Assembly (NCBI GenBank): GCA_949288095.1 | Contig: CASEIX010000024.1 | Location: 1-58,339, forward strand | Direction: 5' to 3' | Length of the DNA: 58,339 bases | Origin: an uncultured Eubacteriales bacterium | Lineage (GTDB): Bacteria > Bacillota > Clostridia > TANB77 > CAG-508 | In this document: piece by piece, positions 10,077 to 19,652 of the stretch | How positions within the stretch are numbered: position 1 is the stretch's first letter | How the letters are laid out: the number at the start of each line of letters is the position of its first letter | Made by a program: the position numbers and the translations under genes | Notes under the pieces: model-generated | The model's database searches: none | Told to the model about the DNA's origin: nothing | What the model saw: only the letters and a program-made list of their open reading frames with translations

Positions 10077-11246
10077 GTGAAAAGAATTATATATATTTTG
10101 ATAATGATTATTCTCTTTTTATATTTCACAATGCCAATTTCGACAGCAAATGAAACGAAAGATGCAAATACAAATGATACATTACAAGAACAACAAGAAG
10201 AATTTGGAATTAGTGAATTTATTCAGCAAGCAGAAGAATATTCAGGTGAATTTTTTGATGGTATTAATATAAATGAACTTCTTGAAAATGCCATAAAAGG
10301 AGAAGTAGATAATCAAGCATTATTCAAAAAAATACTTAGTATATTAGGAGGAAAATTAGTAGATGGGCTAACCGTATTAGGAAGTATATTAGCCATTGTG
10401 GTGATACATAGTATATTAAAATCTGTTAGTGAAAGTTTAGAAAATGATACGATTTCAAAATTGATTTACTATGTTCAATACGTATTGATTGTTACGATTG
10501 TTATGATGAATTTTTCAGATATTGTACAAGTTGTAAAAGATACCTGCAATAATTTAATTGGGTTTATGAATATATTAATACCGTTACTATTTTCACTGAT
10601 GATATATACAGGAAGTATTACAACAAGTGGTGTATTAGAGCCTATTATATTATTCTTAATTAATTTTATAGGAAACATTATACAAACGCTCATTATTCCA
10701 ATTGTATTAGTTTTTACGAGCTTAATTGTCATATCTAAAATTTCAGATAATGTACAAATAGACAAATTATCGAAATTCTTAAAATCAGGAGTTGTGTGGT
10801 TCTTTGGAATTATTCTCACCATTTTTGTAGCAGTTATTTCGTTAGAAGGAACGCTTTCTAGTAGTGTAGATGGTATTACTGCTAAAACAACAAAAGCAGT
10901 TGTCAGTTCAGCAATACCAGTAGTAGGGAAAATTCTAGGGGATGCAGTTGATACAGTTCTAGGTTGTGGAATGATACTAAAAAATGCAGTAGGGGTTATT
11001 GGAATTATTATTGTAATAGGAATTTGTATTATACCAATCTTAAAATTAGGAATCTTCACAATTGCCTATAAGTTAATGTCGGCAATCTGTGAACCAATAG
11101 CAGATAAAAATATTACGAGTTTATTAGATCAAATAGGAGATGTGTATAAAATTTTTCTAGCAATTTTATGTTCTGTATCTGTTATGCTAATTGTTGGCAC
11201 AGCTTTAGTTGTTAAAATATCCAATACAGGAATGATGTATAGGTAG
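10077..11246 (+). CDS. spoIIIAE: stage III sporulation protein AE
   Basis: GTG start after SD AGAGGAGG. Signal peptide plus a multi-TM C-terminal half, with matching size and position. Confidence 0.85.
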   Translation: MKRIIYILIMIILFLYFTMPISTANETKDANTNDTLQEQQEEFGISEFIQQAEEYSGEFFDGININELLENAIKGEVDNQALFKKILSILGGKLVDGLTVLGSILAIVVIHSILKSVSESLENDTISKLIYYVQYVLIVTIVMMNFSDIVQVVKDTCNNLIGFMNILIPLLFSLMIYTGSITTSGVLEPIILFLINFIGNIIQTLIIPIVLVFTSLIVISKISDNVQIDKLSKFLKSGVVWFFGIILTIFVAVISLEGTLSSSVDGITAKTTKAVVSSAIPVVGKILGDAVDTVLGCGMILKNAVGVIGIIIVIGICIIPILKLGIFTIAYKLMSAICEPIADKNITSLLDQIGDVYKIFLAILCSVSVMLIVGTALVVKISNTGMMYR

Positions 11247-11254
11247 GGGAAGTT

Positions 11255-11911
11255 ATGATAGAGTTTTTAAGTAGTTGGGCAAAAAGTTTAGGATTGGCCA
11301 TTATTGTCATATCCATTTTAGAAATGTTATTACCCAATAATAAAACAAAAAAATATGTCAGAATGGTATTTGGTATATATATTATTTTTAATATCATATC
11401 ACCATTTGTTAAAAATAAAGATATATTAGATGTTAGTTCTTATGATTTAAATGAATATATCGGTAATTATACAACCAATCAAACAAATGAAGAACAAAGC
11501 ACTGTGAATAGTCAAATAGAAGAAATCTATATAGAAGAATTAGAAAAAGATATCACTAAAAAAATAGAGAATTTAGGGTATCAAGTCACGACTTGTAATG
11601 TGTATGCAACATTATCAAATGAAAATGAAGAAAATTATATAGAAGAAATTGTTTTAACAGTTGAAAAAAATGAAAATCAAGAAAATAATCAACAAGGAAA
11701 TGAAACAGGACAAACAGAAACAATTGAAGATAAGTTAGTAAATGAAATTCAAAAGATAAAACCAGTAAACACTACAGTCGGAAAAATTAATAAAACAAAT
11801 GAGGAACAAGATGAGAGTAAACAAAATATAAATAATAGTGATATTCAAAAGATAAAAAAGTTCTTAAAGGAAGAATATGGAGTTGAGGAAACATGTTTAA
11901 AGATAAATTAA
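11255..11911 (+). CDS. spoIIIAF: stage III sporulation protein AF
   Basis: N-terminus WAKSLGLAIIVISILEMLLPNNKTKKYVRMVFGIYII matches the SpoIIIAF pattern. Confidence 0.7.
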   Translation: MIEFLSSWAKSLGLAIIVISILEMLLPNNKTKKYVRMVFGIYIIFNIISPFVKNKDILDVSSYDLNEYIGNYTTNQTNEEQSTVNSQIEEIYIEELEKDITKKIENLGYQVTTCNVYATLSNENEENYIEEIVLTVEKNENQENNQQGNETGQTETIEDKLVNEIQKIKPVNTTVGKINKTNEEQDESKQNINNSDIQKIKKFLKEEYGVEETCLKIN

Positions 11912-12516
11912 AAGGGTTGATCAATCCAGAAGATAGAAATAAAAACAACAAAAAGAAAATAGAAAATTTAGTATTTTTTGTTGTCATACTAATTGTCACA
12001 ATTGTCATCATAAATATCATATGGAATGGAGATAAAAATAGTAGTAATGAAAAGGAATTACAAAATAATACTTCAAAACAATTAGCCAATAGCAATACAT
12101 CTTCATTAGAAGCATCAAGTAATACCAGTAACCAGTTGGAAATAAAATTAGAAGAAATCTTAGCAAAAATCCAAGGAGTAGGAGAAGTAAATGTGTTCAT
12201 AAATTACTCAGAATCAAGTGAAATTGTACCAATGTATAATGAAAGTACGCAAACCAGCAATACAGAAGAAACAGACACATCAGGAGGAACAAGAACCATA
12301 GAAGAAACCGATTCACAAAAAGAAATCATATATGAAGAAAGTGATGGAGAAAAAACCGTCATTACACAGAAAGTAGTAGAACCACAAATAGAAGGAGCCA
12401 TTATTACAGCAAAAGGAGCAGGAAATGCAGAAGTAAAAACAAGCATCATCCAAGCAGTAGAAGCAGTAACAGGACTGCCAACACATAAAATACAAGTCTT
12501 TGAAATGGAACATTAG
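11893..12516 (+). CDS. spoIIIAG: stage III sporulation protein AG
   Basis: N-terminal TM helix and a C-terminal ring-building-like block VEPQIEGAIITAKGAGNAEVKTSIIQAVEAVTGLPTHKIQVF. It overlaps spoIIIAF by 19 nt. The last codons and TAG lie in the repeat at 12506. Confidence 0.75.
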   Translation: MFKDKLKGLINPEDRNKNNKKKIENLVFFVVILIVTIVIINIIWNGDKNSSNEKELQNNTSKQLANSNTSSLEASSNTSNQLEIKLEEILAKIQGVGEVNVFINYSESSEIVPMYNESTQTSNTEETDTSGGTRTIEETDSQKEIIYEESDGEKTVITQKVVEPQIEGAIITAKGAGNAEVKTSIIQAVEAVTGLPTHKIQVFEMEH

Positions 12517-12594
12517 GGACGTGCCAAATCGTTCCATTTTGAAACGATTTAACCTGTCCCCAATGTTTCAAAATGAAACAAAAGGGACAGACCT
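12506..12594 (+). repeat. REP-like palindromic unit, long form
   Basis: ATGGAACATTAGGGACGTGCCAAATCGTTCCATTTTGAAACGATTTAACCTGTCCCCAATGTTTCAAAATGAAACAAAAGGGACAGACCT. Same family as 27903, 29082, 32308 and 34987. Confidence 0.9.
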
Positions 12595-12626
12595 GAATGA
12601 AAAAACATTGAAAGGAAGGTAATTCT

Positions 12627-13304
12627 ATGAAAATAATGAAAGGATTATTAAAGAAAAATCAAGTGATTATTTATGTGATTGCTTTAATGTTAGTAACTGC
12701 TGGATATTTGAATTATACTACCAATACAGCAGAACAAGTATCAGCACAGACTGCTATGGAAATGGAAGCAAATGATGATATGCAAATGGCTGATATTGGA
12801 GATGCTACATTGGTGAATAGTGAAGCAGTTAGTGAAAATGAAGTAGAAGAAAACTCCACAGAAAATACAACGAATACAAGTGTCGATGTAAATGTAACAC
12901 AAAATACCAATACAACAGAAAGTAATACAACGGCGCAAGCAAGTGCAACAGTCACAACAGATGAATATTTTACAAAATCAAAATTAGAAAGAGATACTAT
13001 GTATTCACAAATGATAGAAAGTTATGAAAATGTATTAAATAGTAGTAATAGCTTAGAAACACAAAAACAAAGTGCAACAGAGGAAATAAAAAAAATTAAT
13101 GATACGAAAAATAGTATCATGATATGTGAAAATTTGATTAGTACAAAAGGATTTACCAATAATATTATTTTTGTAAATGGAGATAGTATTAGTGTCATTA
13201 TTGGAGCAGAACAATTACAACAAGAAGAAGTGGCGCAAATACAAAATATTATTTCGAGAGAATTAAATGCAGAAATTGAAAATATACATATATCAACAAA
13301 ATAA
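12627..13304 (+). CDS. spoIIIAH: stage III sporulation protein AH
   Basis: Last gene of the spoIIIA cluster, with an N-terminal TM helix, a polar linker and a C-terminal domain. SD GAAAGGAAGG is upstream. Confidence 0.65.
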   Translation: MKIMKGLLKKNQVIIYVIALMLVTAGYLNYTTNTAEQVSAQTAMEMEANDDMQMADIGDATLVNSEAVSENEVEENSTENTTNTSVDVNVTQNTNTTESNTTAQASATVTTDEYFTKSKLERDTMYSQMIESYENVLNSSNSLETQKQSATEEIKKINDTKNSIMICENLISTKGFTNNIIFVNGDSISVIIGAEQLQQEEVAQIQNIISRELNAEIENIHISTK

Positions 13305-13345
13305 GAAAAATAGCTTAAGAATATTTGTTATGCGATTCCATATTC

Positions 13346-13552
13346 TTAAGCTATTTTATTAGCCATAATTCTTATGTATTCACCTAATTCCTCATCTGTT
13401 AAATCCAACTCTAAAATCAGGTTTTTTAAAACATCTCTTCTGGGTAAATCTTCTTCATTATCAATTCGTATATATTGCCTCAAACTAATTCCTAGTATTT
13501 CAGACATTTTTTCTTGAGTATATTTTTTTGCCTTTCTTTTTTCTTTTATCAT
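13346..13552 (-). CDS. XRE-family helix-turn-helix regulator (68 aa)
   Basis: The HTH_3 pattern KKYTQEKMSEILGISLRQYIRIDN. Confidence 0.75.
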   Translation of the reverse strand: MIKEKRKAKKYTQEKMSEILGISLRQYIRIDNEEDLPRRDVLKNLILELDLTDEELGEYIRIMANKIA

Positions 13553-13662
13553 AACATCACCCTAAACTAATGTTTAAAGTTATTATGACACAAAAGAAGC
13601 AATTGTTGTATTGACATTTAATGTCAGTGAAAAAATATATACTAAAAAAACAAGATAAAACA

Positions 13663-13938
13663 TCAGCTTGCATTATCTTGTTTAAATTCAGTTATAAAAT
13701 CGCCTAAGAGTTCTTCAACAGGAACTTTGAAAATATAGGAAAAAGCATATAATTCATAATCTTTAATAATTCTATCTCCCTTTTCTAATTTATGAAGAGA
13801 AGGTTTAGGAATATCAATTCCAAGTAAAGCCAATTTCGTAGACAAAGCAGATAAAGATAAATGATTTTTTATTCGTAGTTCCCTAATTTTTTTATTAGAA
13901 ACATTTAAATGGTTGTTATATTTACTACATTGATACAT
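13663..13938 (-). CDS. XRE-family helix-turn-helix regulator (91 aa)
   Basis: IRELRIKNHLSLSALSTKLALLGIDIPKPSLHKLEKGDR fits an HTH_3 fold. The gene is divergent from the 14131 gene. Confidence 0.7.
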   Translation of the reverse strand: MYQCSKYNNHLNVSNKKIRELRIKNHLSLSALSTKLALLGIDIPKPSLHKLEKGDRIIKDYELYAFSYIFKVPVEELLGDFITEFKQDNAS

Positions 13939-13998
13939 AGGCGAAATCCTTTCAAAATATTACAATTATTGTATAGTATTTAGAAGTAAAATCGTACG

Positions 13999-14076
13999 CA
14001 CTAGAGATACGAATTTTAAAAAATATATTGAATATAAAAAATATTAATGTTAAAATGTAATCACTAGAGATACGAA
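13999..14076. promoter_or_regulatory. two direct copies of CACTAGAGATACGAA (candidate operator pair) in a divergent promoter region
   Basis: An identical 15-mer at 13999..14013 and 14062..14076, each preceded by GTA two bases upstream (GTAnnCACTAGAGATACGAA). The start-to-start spacing is 63 bp. Confidence 0.5.
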
Positions 14077-14130
14077 AAGAATAAAAGGTTTCATGTAAGT
14101 AAATAATAAAAAACAAAAGAGAGGGAATTT

Positions 14131-16473
14131 ATGAAAGAAAAAATGAAAGCAAATCAAATAACAAGAGAAAAGAAACAAAGGATTAAAAAGATAGAAACAG
14201 AAAAAGGAATTACCTTACTAGCTTTAGTGATTACCATTATAGTATTACTAATTTTAGCAGGAATTACAATAGGAGCAATAACAGGAGATAGTGGGATTTT
14301 ACAGAATGCCATAGAAGCAAAAGAGAAAACAGAAATTGCAAATGAAAGAGAAATTGTAGAAGAAGCGACTGTCCGAGCTATGGGAAATAATAAAAGAGGA
14401 AATCTAGTAAGAGATGAATTACAGAAAGAACTAGATAAACTAACAGGAGAAGGAAAAACAATTGTAACAACAGATACAGAAGAACAAGGATATTTTGTAA
14501 AGTTTGTAGACAGTCGAAGAATCTATAAGGTTAGTATAGATGGAGAAGTAGAGTATTTAGGAAAAGAAGACGAGTTAATCACACAAGCAGATATTATAGC
14601 AGATCCAGAAAGTAATACAACACCAGAATTTCTACAAGAAGTAGGACTAACTGTAAAAACACCAATCGAAATAGAAGGAGCAGAGTATTCATTAGTATAT
14701 GCATGGAACCAAGATAAAGAAAATGCACCAGAAGATGAAAAATTCTTAGAAGCAAACTTAATAGGACAAGGAAGAATCAGAACGACAACGGTATATAGTA
14801 GTGATACAGCAGGTGGAGATTATTACTTGTGGGTAAGAATTGTGGTGGGAGAGATAGAAAGAGAAGAATGCTTTGGACCATATGCGATAAAGGATCATAC
14901 AACTTTAGTAGCAACAAGTAGTGAAATAGCATCTACATCGGGATTTTTAGGAAGTGCAAATCAAGAAAAAGAATTAGTAAAAGAAGTTCAAAGAGGATTA
15001 ATAAAAAGTGTAAATATAGTAACATCATTAGAAGGACATAGTTTAAATGATGCAAATACATGGGATGTATCAGATGGAAATAAAGGAATGTATTTAGCAT
15101 GGGTAGAAAAAGATGAAAACGGATATTATGGTATTACAATAGGAGGAGAAGGTAGTGTTGTAGCAAGAAATTATTCAACATGTTTGTTCAAAAATATAGG
15201 ATATGGAGTAGAAAATCAAGAGGTAACTATTACAGGATTGGAAAATCTAGATACAGGTTTAGTAATTGATATGGTAGAAATGTTTCGCAATTGTCAAGCG
15301 AGTAATCTGAATTTAAATGGGTTTGATACTAGTAATGTAAGAAGTATGGAAAATATGTTTTATGATTGTAATGTAAGTGGATTAGATTTAAATGATTTTG
15401 ATACCAGCAATGTAACAAACATGAGTGGTATGTTTTATGATTGTTCTGCTTTAACAAATTTAAATATTGATAATTTTGATACTAGTAATGTAACGGATAT
15501 GAATGGAATGTTTCATGGTTGTGGAAATTTAACGAATTTAAATGTTAGTAGCTTTAATACTAAAAATGTAATTAATATGAATCAAATGTTTGATTATTGC
15601 AAGAGTTTAACACAATTAGATTTAAATAACTTTGATACCAGTAATGTAACGAATATGACATATATGTTCTATAATTGCACAAAATTAGTGGATTTAAACA
15701 TAGATAATTTTAATACAAGTAAAGTAACAAGTATGCAAAGAATGTTTTGGTGGTGTAGTAGTTTAAAGAGTTTAGATGTAAGTAGTTTTAACACGAGTAA
15801 TGTGACAAGTATGGAGAGAATGTTTGCTAATTGTACAACTCTAACACAATTAGATGTAAGCAATCTTCGCACAGATAATGTAAAAAGCATGAATGCAATG
15901 TTTGGTGGTTCTAGTGGATTAACAAGTCTAGATTTAACTAATTTTAAAACAGAAAATGTGACAGATATGGGAAGTATGTTTGATGGTTGCAGTAATCTAA
16001 TAAGTTTGAATGTTAGTAGTTTTAATACAAATAATGTAAAAGTAATGAGTGGAATGTTTAATAATTGTACTAAGTTGAAGAATTTGGATTTAAGTAATTT
16101 TAATACAAGTAATATAACTAATATGGAGTTAATGTTTGGAGGTTGTCATAGTTTAACAGATTTAAATATCAGTAGTTTTGATACAAGCAATGTTACTAAA
16201 ATGTTTAGAATGTTTATAAATTGTAGTAGTTTAACAGAATTAGATTTAAGCAATTTTTATACAGGTAATGTTACTGATATGGAATCCATGTTTCACGGTT
16301 GTGGTAAATTAACAAGGCTAGATATAAGAAATTTTGATATAAGTAAGGTTACAAATTCATCAATGACAATACATCTAGTACCAACAACAATAGAAATCAT
16401 AACAAACCAAAATACAAAAGATTGGATTTTAGAAAAATTTCCAGATTATACAAATATAACAGTGGTTGAATAA
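14131..16473 (+). CDS. surface protein: prepilin-like N-terminal module fused to 14 BspA/DUF285-type leucine-rich repeats
   Basis: KG|ITLLALVITIIVLLILAGITIGAITGD resembles a class III signal peptide. It is followed by 14 repeats of about 25 aa of the form F(D/N)TSNVTxMxxMFxxCxxLxxL(D/N). Confidence 0.8.
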   Translation: MKEKMKANQITREKKQRIKKIETEKGITLLALVITIIVLLILAGITIGAITGDSGILQNAIEAKEKTEIANEREIVEEATVRAMGNNKRGNLVRDELQKELDKLTGEGKTIVTTDTEEQGYFVKFVDSRRIYKVSIDGEVEYLGKEDELITQADIIADPESNTTPEFLQEVGLTVKTPIEIEGAEYSLVYAWNQDKENAPEDEKFLEANLIGQGRIRTTTVYSSDTAGGDYYLWVRIVVGEIEREECFGPYAIKDHTTLVATSSEIASTSGFLGSANQEKELVKEVQRGLIKSVNIVTSLEGHSLNDANTWDVSDGNKGMYLAWVEKDENGYYGITIGGEGSVVARNYSTCLFKNIGYGVENQEVTITGLENLDTGLVIDMVEMFRNCQASNLNLNGFDTSNVRSMENMFYDCNVSGLDLNDFDTSNVTNMSGMFYDCSALTNLNIDNFDTSNVTDMNGMFHGCGNLTNLNVSSFNTKNVINMNQMFDYCKSLTQLDLNNFDTSNVTNMTYMFYNCTKLVDLNIDNFNTSKVTSMQRMFWWCSSLKSLDVSSFNTSNVTSMERMFANCTTLTQLDVSNLRTDNVKSMNAMFGGSSGLTSLDLTNFKTENVTDMGSMFDGCSNLISLNVSSFNTNNVKVMSGMFNNCTKLKNLDLSNFNTSNITNMELMFGGCHSLTDLNISSFDTSNVTKMFRMFINCSSLTELDLSNFYTGNVTDMESMFHGCGKLTRLDIRNFDISKVTNSSMTIHLVPTTIEIITNQNTKDWILEKFPDYTNITVVE

Positions 16474-16533
16474 AAGCTAATTTGTATATACAGGTATCTT
16501 AAATGTTTCGAGAGAATATAAATTAAGGAGAAA

Positions 16534-17157
16534 ATGTATATGGATAAAAAGAAAAAAATAATCATAGGAGCAAGCATAGCAGGAATCGTGCTATTGCTTG
16601 TCATCCTAATCGTTGCAATATCAAATAGTAAAGAAGCAGAAGAAAATACAGAAATATTAGAGAATGTAGACTTATCAGAGTTGATAAACGTAGAAGATAT
16701 AGAAAGTTTATCCTATGAAACAGAAGAAACAAAAGAAGAAATATCATCAAAATATATTACAGGACAAGAAACGTATGAAGTAAAAGCAAATGTCCAAGCA
16801 GGAGAAACAGAAGGAAAGATGATATATGTAAGAGGAAATTATGACAAATTAAATGTATACAAAACAGAATATACATTCAATAAATATGAGGATAAAACAA
16901 CAAAAGTAAGTCATATTATGCAAGAATTTGAAATGATATGTGAAGGATATATGGAAATAACAGACAAAGAATATGAAAAAACAGAGAAACTGTATGGAGA
17001 AAGTAGTGCAGACTTTGAATTGCCAATAGAAGAAAGTATCTATAATGAAGGAAGGTTATACAGTAAAACATATAATAGTGAAGAAAATGAATATGATATC
17101 AATTTCTATAAACAAGATAACAAGATTATATGTGAGTTTGTAAGAGTATATAGATAA
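16534..17157 (+). CDS. membrane-anchored hypothetical protein
   Basis: One N-terminal TM helix (IIIGASIAGIVLLLVILIVAI) and an acidic extracytoplasmic domain. Confidence 0.6.
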   Translation: MYMDKKKKIIIGASIAGIVLLLVILIVAISNSKEAEENTEILENVDLSELINVEDIESLSYETEETKEEISSKYITGQETYEVKANVQAGETEGKMIYVRGNYDKLNVYKTEYTFNKYEDKTTKVSHIMQEFEMICEGYMEITDKEYEKTEKLYGESSADFELPIEESIYNEGRLYSKTYNSEENEYDINFYKQDNKIICEFVRVYR

Positions 17158-17218
17158 TTACTGACCACCTGTACTAGCTTGAAAAAAATAAAAAATAAAT
17201 ATATAATATATAAGGTAT

Positions 17219-17246
17219 AAAAGACAGTATATAAGCTGTCTTTTTT
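17219..17246 (+). terminator. rho-independent terminator
   Basis: AAAAGACAG-TATATAAG-CTGTCTTTTTT, a stem followed by a T-run. Confidence 0.7.
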
Positions 17247-17300
17247 CAAGAAAATAAAGAAAATGTAAAAATAAATTTATCTTTTGTGGGAGGAATTTTC

Positions 17301-18644
17301 ATGTTAAAAAAAGTATTAATTGCCAATAGAGGAGAAATTGCAGTAAGAATTATAAGAGCTTGCAGAGAAATGGGGATAAGAACAGTAGCGATTTATTCAG
17401 AAGCAGATAAAAATGCTTTACATGTGCAATTAGCAGATGAAGCCATTTGTGTAGGACCAGCACCATCTAATAAAAGTTATTTAAATGTGAAAGCCATATT
17501 GGAAGCAGCATGTTTAACAGGAGCAGATAGTATACATCCAGGATTTGGATTCTTATCAGAAAATCCAAATTTTGCAAAGATTTGTCAAGAAACAGGAATT
17601 AAATTCATTGGACCAGACTGTAAGTTAATCGAATTATTAGGAAATAAATCAAAAGCAAAAGAAACTATGAAAAGAGCAGGCGTTCCAGTTGTACCTGGTT
17701 CAGATGGACTAATTTATTCAAAAGAACAAGCAGTTAATTTAGCAGAACAAATTAAATATCCTGTTATGTTAAAAGCGTCAGCAGGTGGTGGAGGAAGAGG
17801 TATTCGAATTGCCTATTCCAAAGAGGAATTAGAAAAAGAATATGATATTGTAAAGCAAGAAGCAAAAGTAGCATTTAATGATGATAGCCTTTATTTAGAA
17901 AAATTTGTAGAAAACCCAAGACATGTAGAAATTCAAATATTAGCAGACGAACATGGAAACTGTATCCATTTAGGAGAAAGAGATTGCTCTGTACAAAGAA
18001 GAAATCAAAAGGTATTAGAAGAAACACCAAGTGGTATATTGGATGAAAAAACAAGAAAGAAAATGGGAGAAGTGGCAGTAAAGGCAGTTAAAGAAATCGG
18101 ATATTCTAATGCAGGAACAATTGAATTTTTAGTTGACAAAAATAAAGATTTTTATTTCATGGAAATGAATACGAGAATACAAGTCGAACACCCTGTAACA
18201 GAAATGGTAACAGGAGTGGATATTATAAAAGAACAAATCAAAATTGCAGGTGGAGAAGAATTAACATATAAACAAGAGGATATTAAATTTGAAGGACATT
18301 CAATGGAAGTAAGAATTAATGCAGAAAATCCAGACAAAAACTTTATGCCATGTCCAGGAACGATAACAGGGTTACATCTTCCAGGAGGAAATGGTATAAG
18401 AGTAGATACTGCTATATATAGTGGATATACAGTTCCACCTACATATGACTCTATGCTTGCAAAATTAATTGTTCATGGAAAAAATAGAGAAGAATCTATC
18501 GCAAAAATGAAAAGTGCCGTGGCAGAATTTGTTGTAGAAGGAATTACAACCAATATAGACTTTTTACTAAAAATATTAGAAAATGAAAACTTCAAAACAA
18601 ACAATTATGATACATCTTTTATCAAAAAAGAATTTAATATGTAA
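17301..18644 (+). CDS. accC: acetyl-CoA carboxylase, biotin carboxylase subunit
   Basis: MLKKVLIANRGEIAVRIIRACREMGI, the ATP-grasp GGGGRG loop and EMNTRIQVEHPVTE. I place the start at the ATG 9 nt after GGAGG rather than the track GTG at 17286. Confidence 0.95.
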   Translation: MLKKVLIANRGEIAVRIIRACREMGIRTVAIYSEADKNALHVQLADEAICVGPAPSNKSYLNVKAILEAACLTGADSIHPGFGFLSENPNFAKICQETGIKFIGPDCKLIELLGNKSKAKETMKRAGVPVVPGSDGLIYSKEQAVNLAEQIKYPVMLKASAGGGGRGIRIAYSKEELEKEYDIVKQEAKVAFNDDSLYLEKFVENPRHVEIQILADEHGNCIHLGERDCSVQRRNQKVLEETPSGILDEKTRKKMGEVAVKAVKEIGYSNAGTIEFLVDKNKDFYFMEMNTRIQVEHPVTEMVTGVDIIKEQIKIAGGEELTYKQEDIKFEGHSMEVRINAENPDKNFMPCPGTITGLHLPGGNGIRVDTAIYSGYTVPPTYDSMLAKLIVHGKNREESIAKMKSAVAEFVVEGITTNIDFLLKILENENFKTNNYDTSFIKKEFNM

Positions 18645-18646
18645 CA

Positions 18647-18686
18647 AAAAAAGAAATTGGCAATTTAACTGCTAATTTCTTTTTTG
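18647..18686 (+). terminator. rho-independent terminator between accC and accD
   Basis: AAGAAATTGGC-loop-GCTAATTTCTTTTTT, with one G:U pair. Confidence 0.6.
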
Positions 18687-18790
18687 TCCATTGATTTTAT
18701 CTGATTTTAACAAAAATTTGACTACTTATCCTAGTTGAAATAAATTGAAAATACATATATAATAACAAAGATATAAAGGAGGGAAATGCC

Positions 18791-19636
18791 TTGGTAATCG
18801 ACAAAGTAAAAAAGATAAATCAAAAGGAAGAAAAAAGAGTAAAAAATGAAAAAGCCTCAGACATGATGATTGGAAAATGGGTGAAATGTGATAAATGTAA
18901 AGAAATCATCTATAAAGATGATTTACATCAAAATTTAAGTGTATGTCCAAATTGTGGAAAACATTTTAGATTATCATCAAGAAGAAGAATTAAACAAATT
19001 GCTGATGAAGGAACCTTTAAAGAAATTGGTGGAGATATTGTTACAAAAGATCCATTAAACTTTAAGGGATATATGAAAAAAGTAGAAATGCTAAAAGAAA
19101 AGACAAAAATAGAAGAAGCAGTAAAGTGTGGTATATGTGAAATAGAAGGAGAAAAAGCAGTTCTGGCTGTTATGGATGGAAACTTTTTAATGGGAAGTAT
19201 GGGATCAGCAGTAGGAGAAAGAATTACATTGGCAATTGAAACAGCAGCTAAAAAGAAGTTACCATTAGTCATATTTTGTGTATCAGGTGGTGCCAGAATG
19301 CAAGAAGGAATGATATCTTTAATGCAAATGGTAAAAACATCAAGTGCACTTACCAAATTAGATAAAGCAGGACAATTATATATATCTGTATTAACAGATC
19401 CAACAACAGGAGGTGTAACGGCAAGTTTTGCAAGTTTGGGAGATATTATTTTAGCAGAACCACATGCATTAATTGGATTTGCAGGACCAAGAGTTATAGA
19501 ACAAACGATTAATCAAAAATTGCCAGAAGGATTCCAAAGTTCAGAATTCTTATTAGAACATGGATTTATAGATAAAATAGTAGAAAGAAAAGATATGAAA
19601 TCAACAATTGCAAAACTAATCAGATTACATAAATAG
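18791..19636 (+). CDS. accD: acetyl-CoA carboxylase carboxyltransferase beta subunit
   Basis: N-terminal Zn ribbon [26 protein letters not shown] and the carboxyltransferase body. TTG start 8 nt after AGGAGGG. Confidence 0.9.
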   Translation: MVIDKVKKINQKEEKRVKNEKASDMMIGKWVKCDKCKEIIYKDDLHQNLSVCPNCGKHFRLSSRRRIKQIADEGTFKEIGGDIVTKDPLNFKGYMKKVEMLKEKTKIEEAVKCGICEIEGEKAVLAVMDGNFLMGSMGSAVGERITLAIETAAKKKLPLVIFCVSGGARMQEGMISLMQMVKTSSALTKLDKAGQLYISVLTDPTTGGVTASFASLGDIILAEPHALIGFAGPRVIEQTINQKLPEGFQSSEFLLEHGFIDKIVERKDMKSTIAKLIRLHK

Positions 19637-19652
19637 AAAAGGAGGAAGAAAC

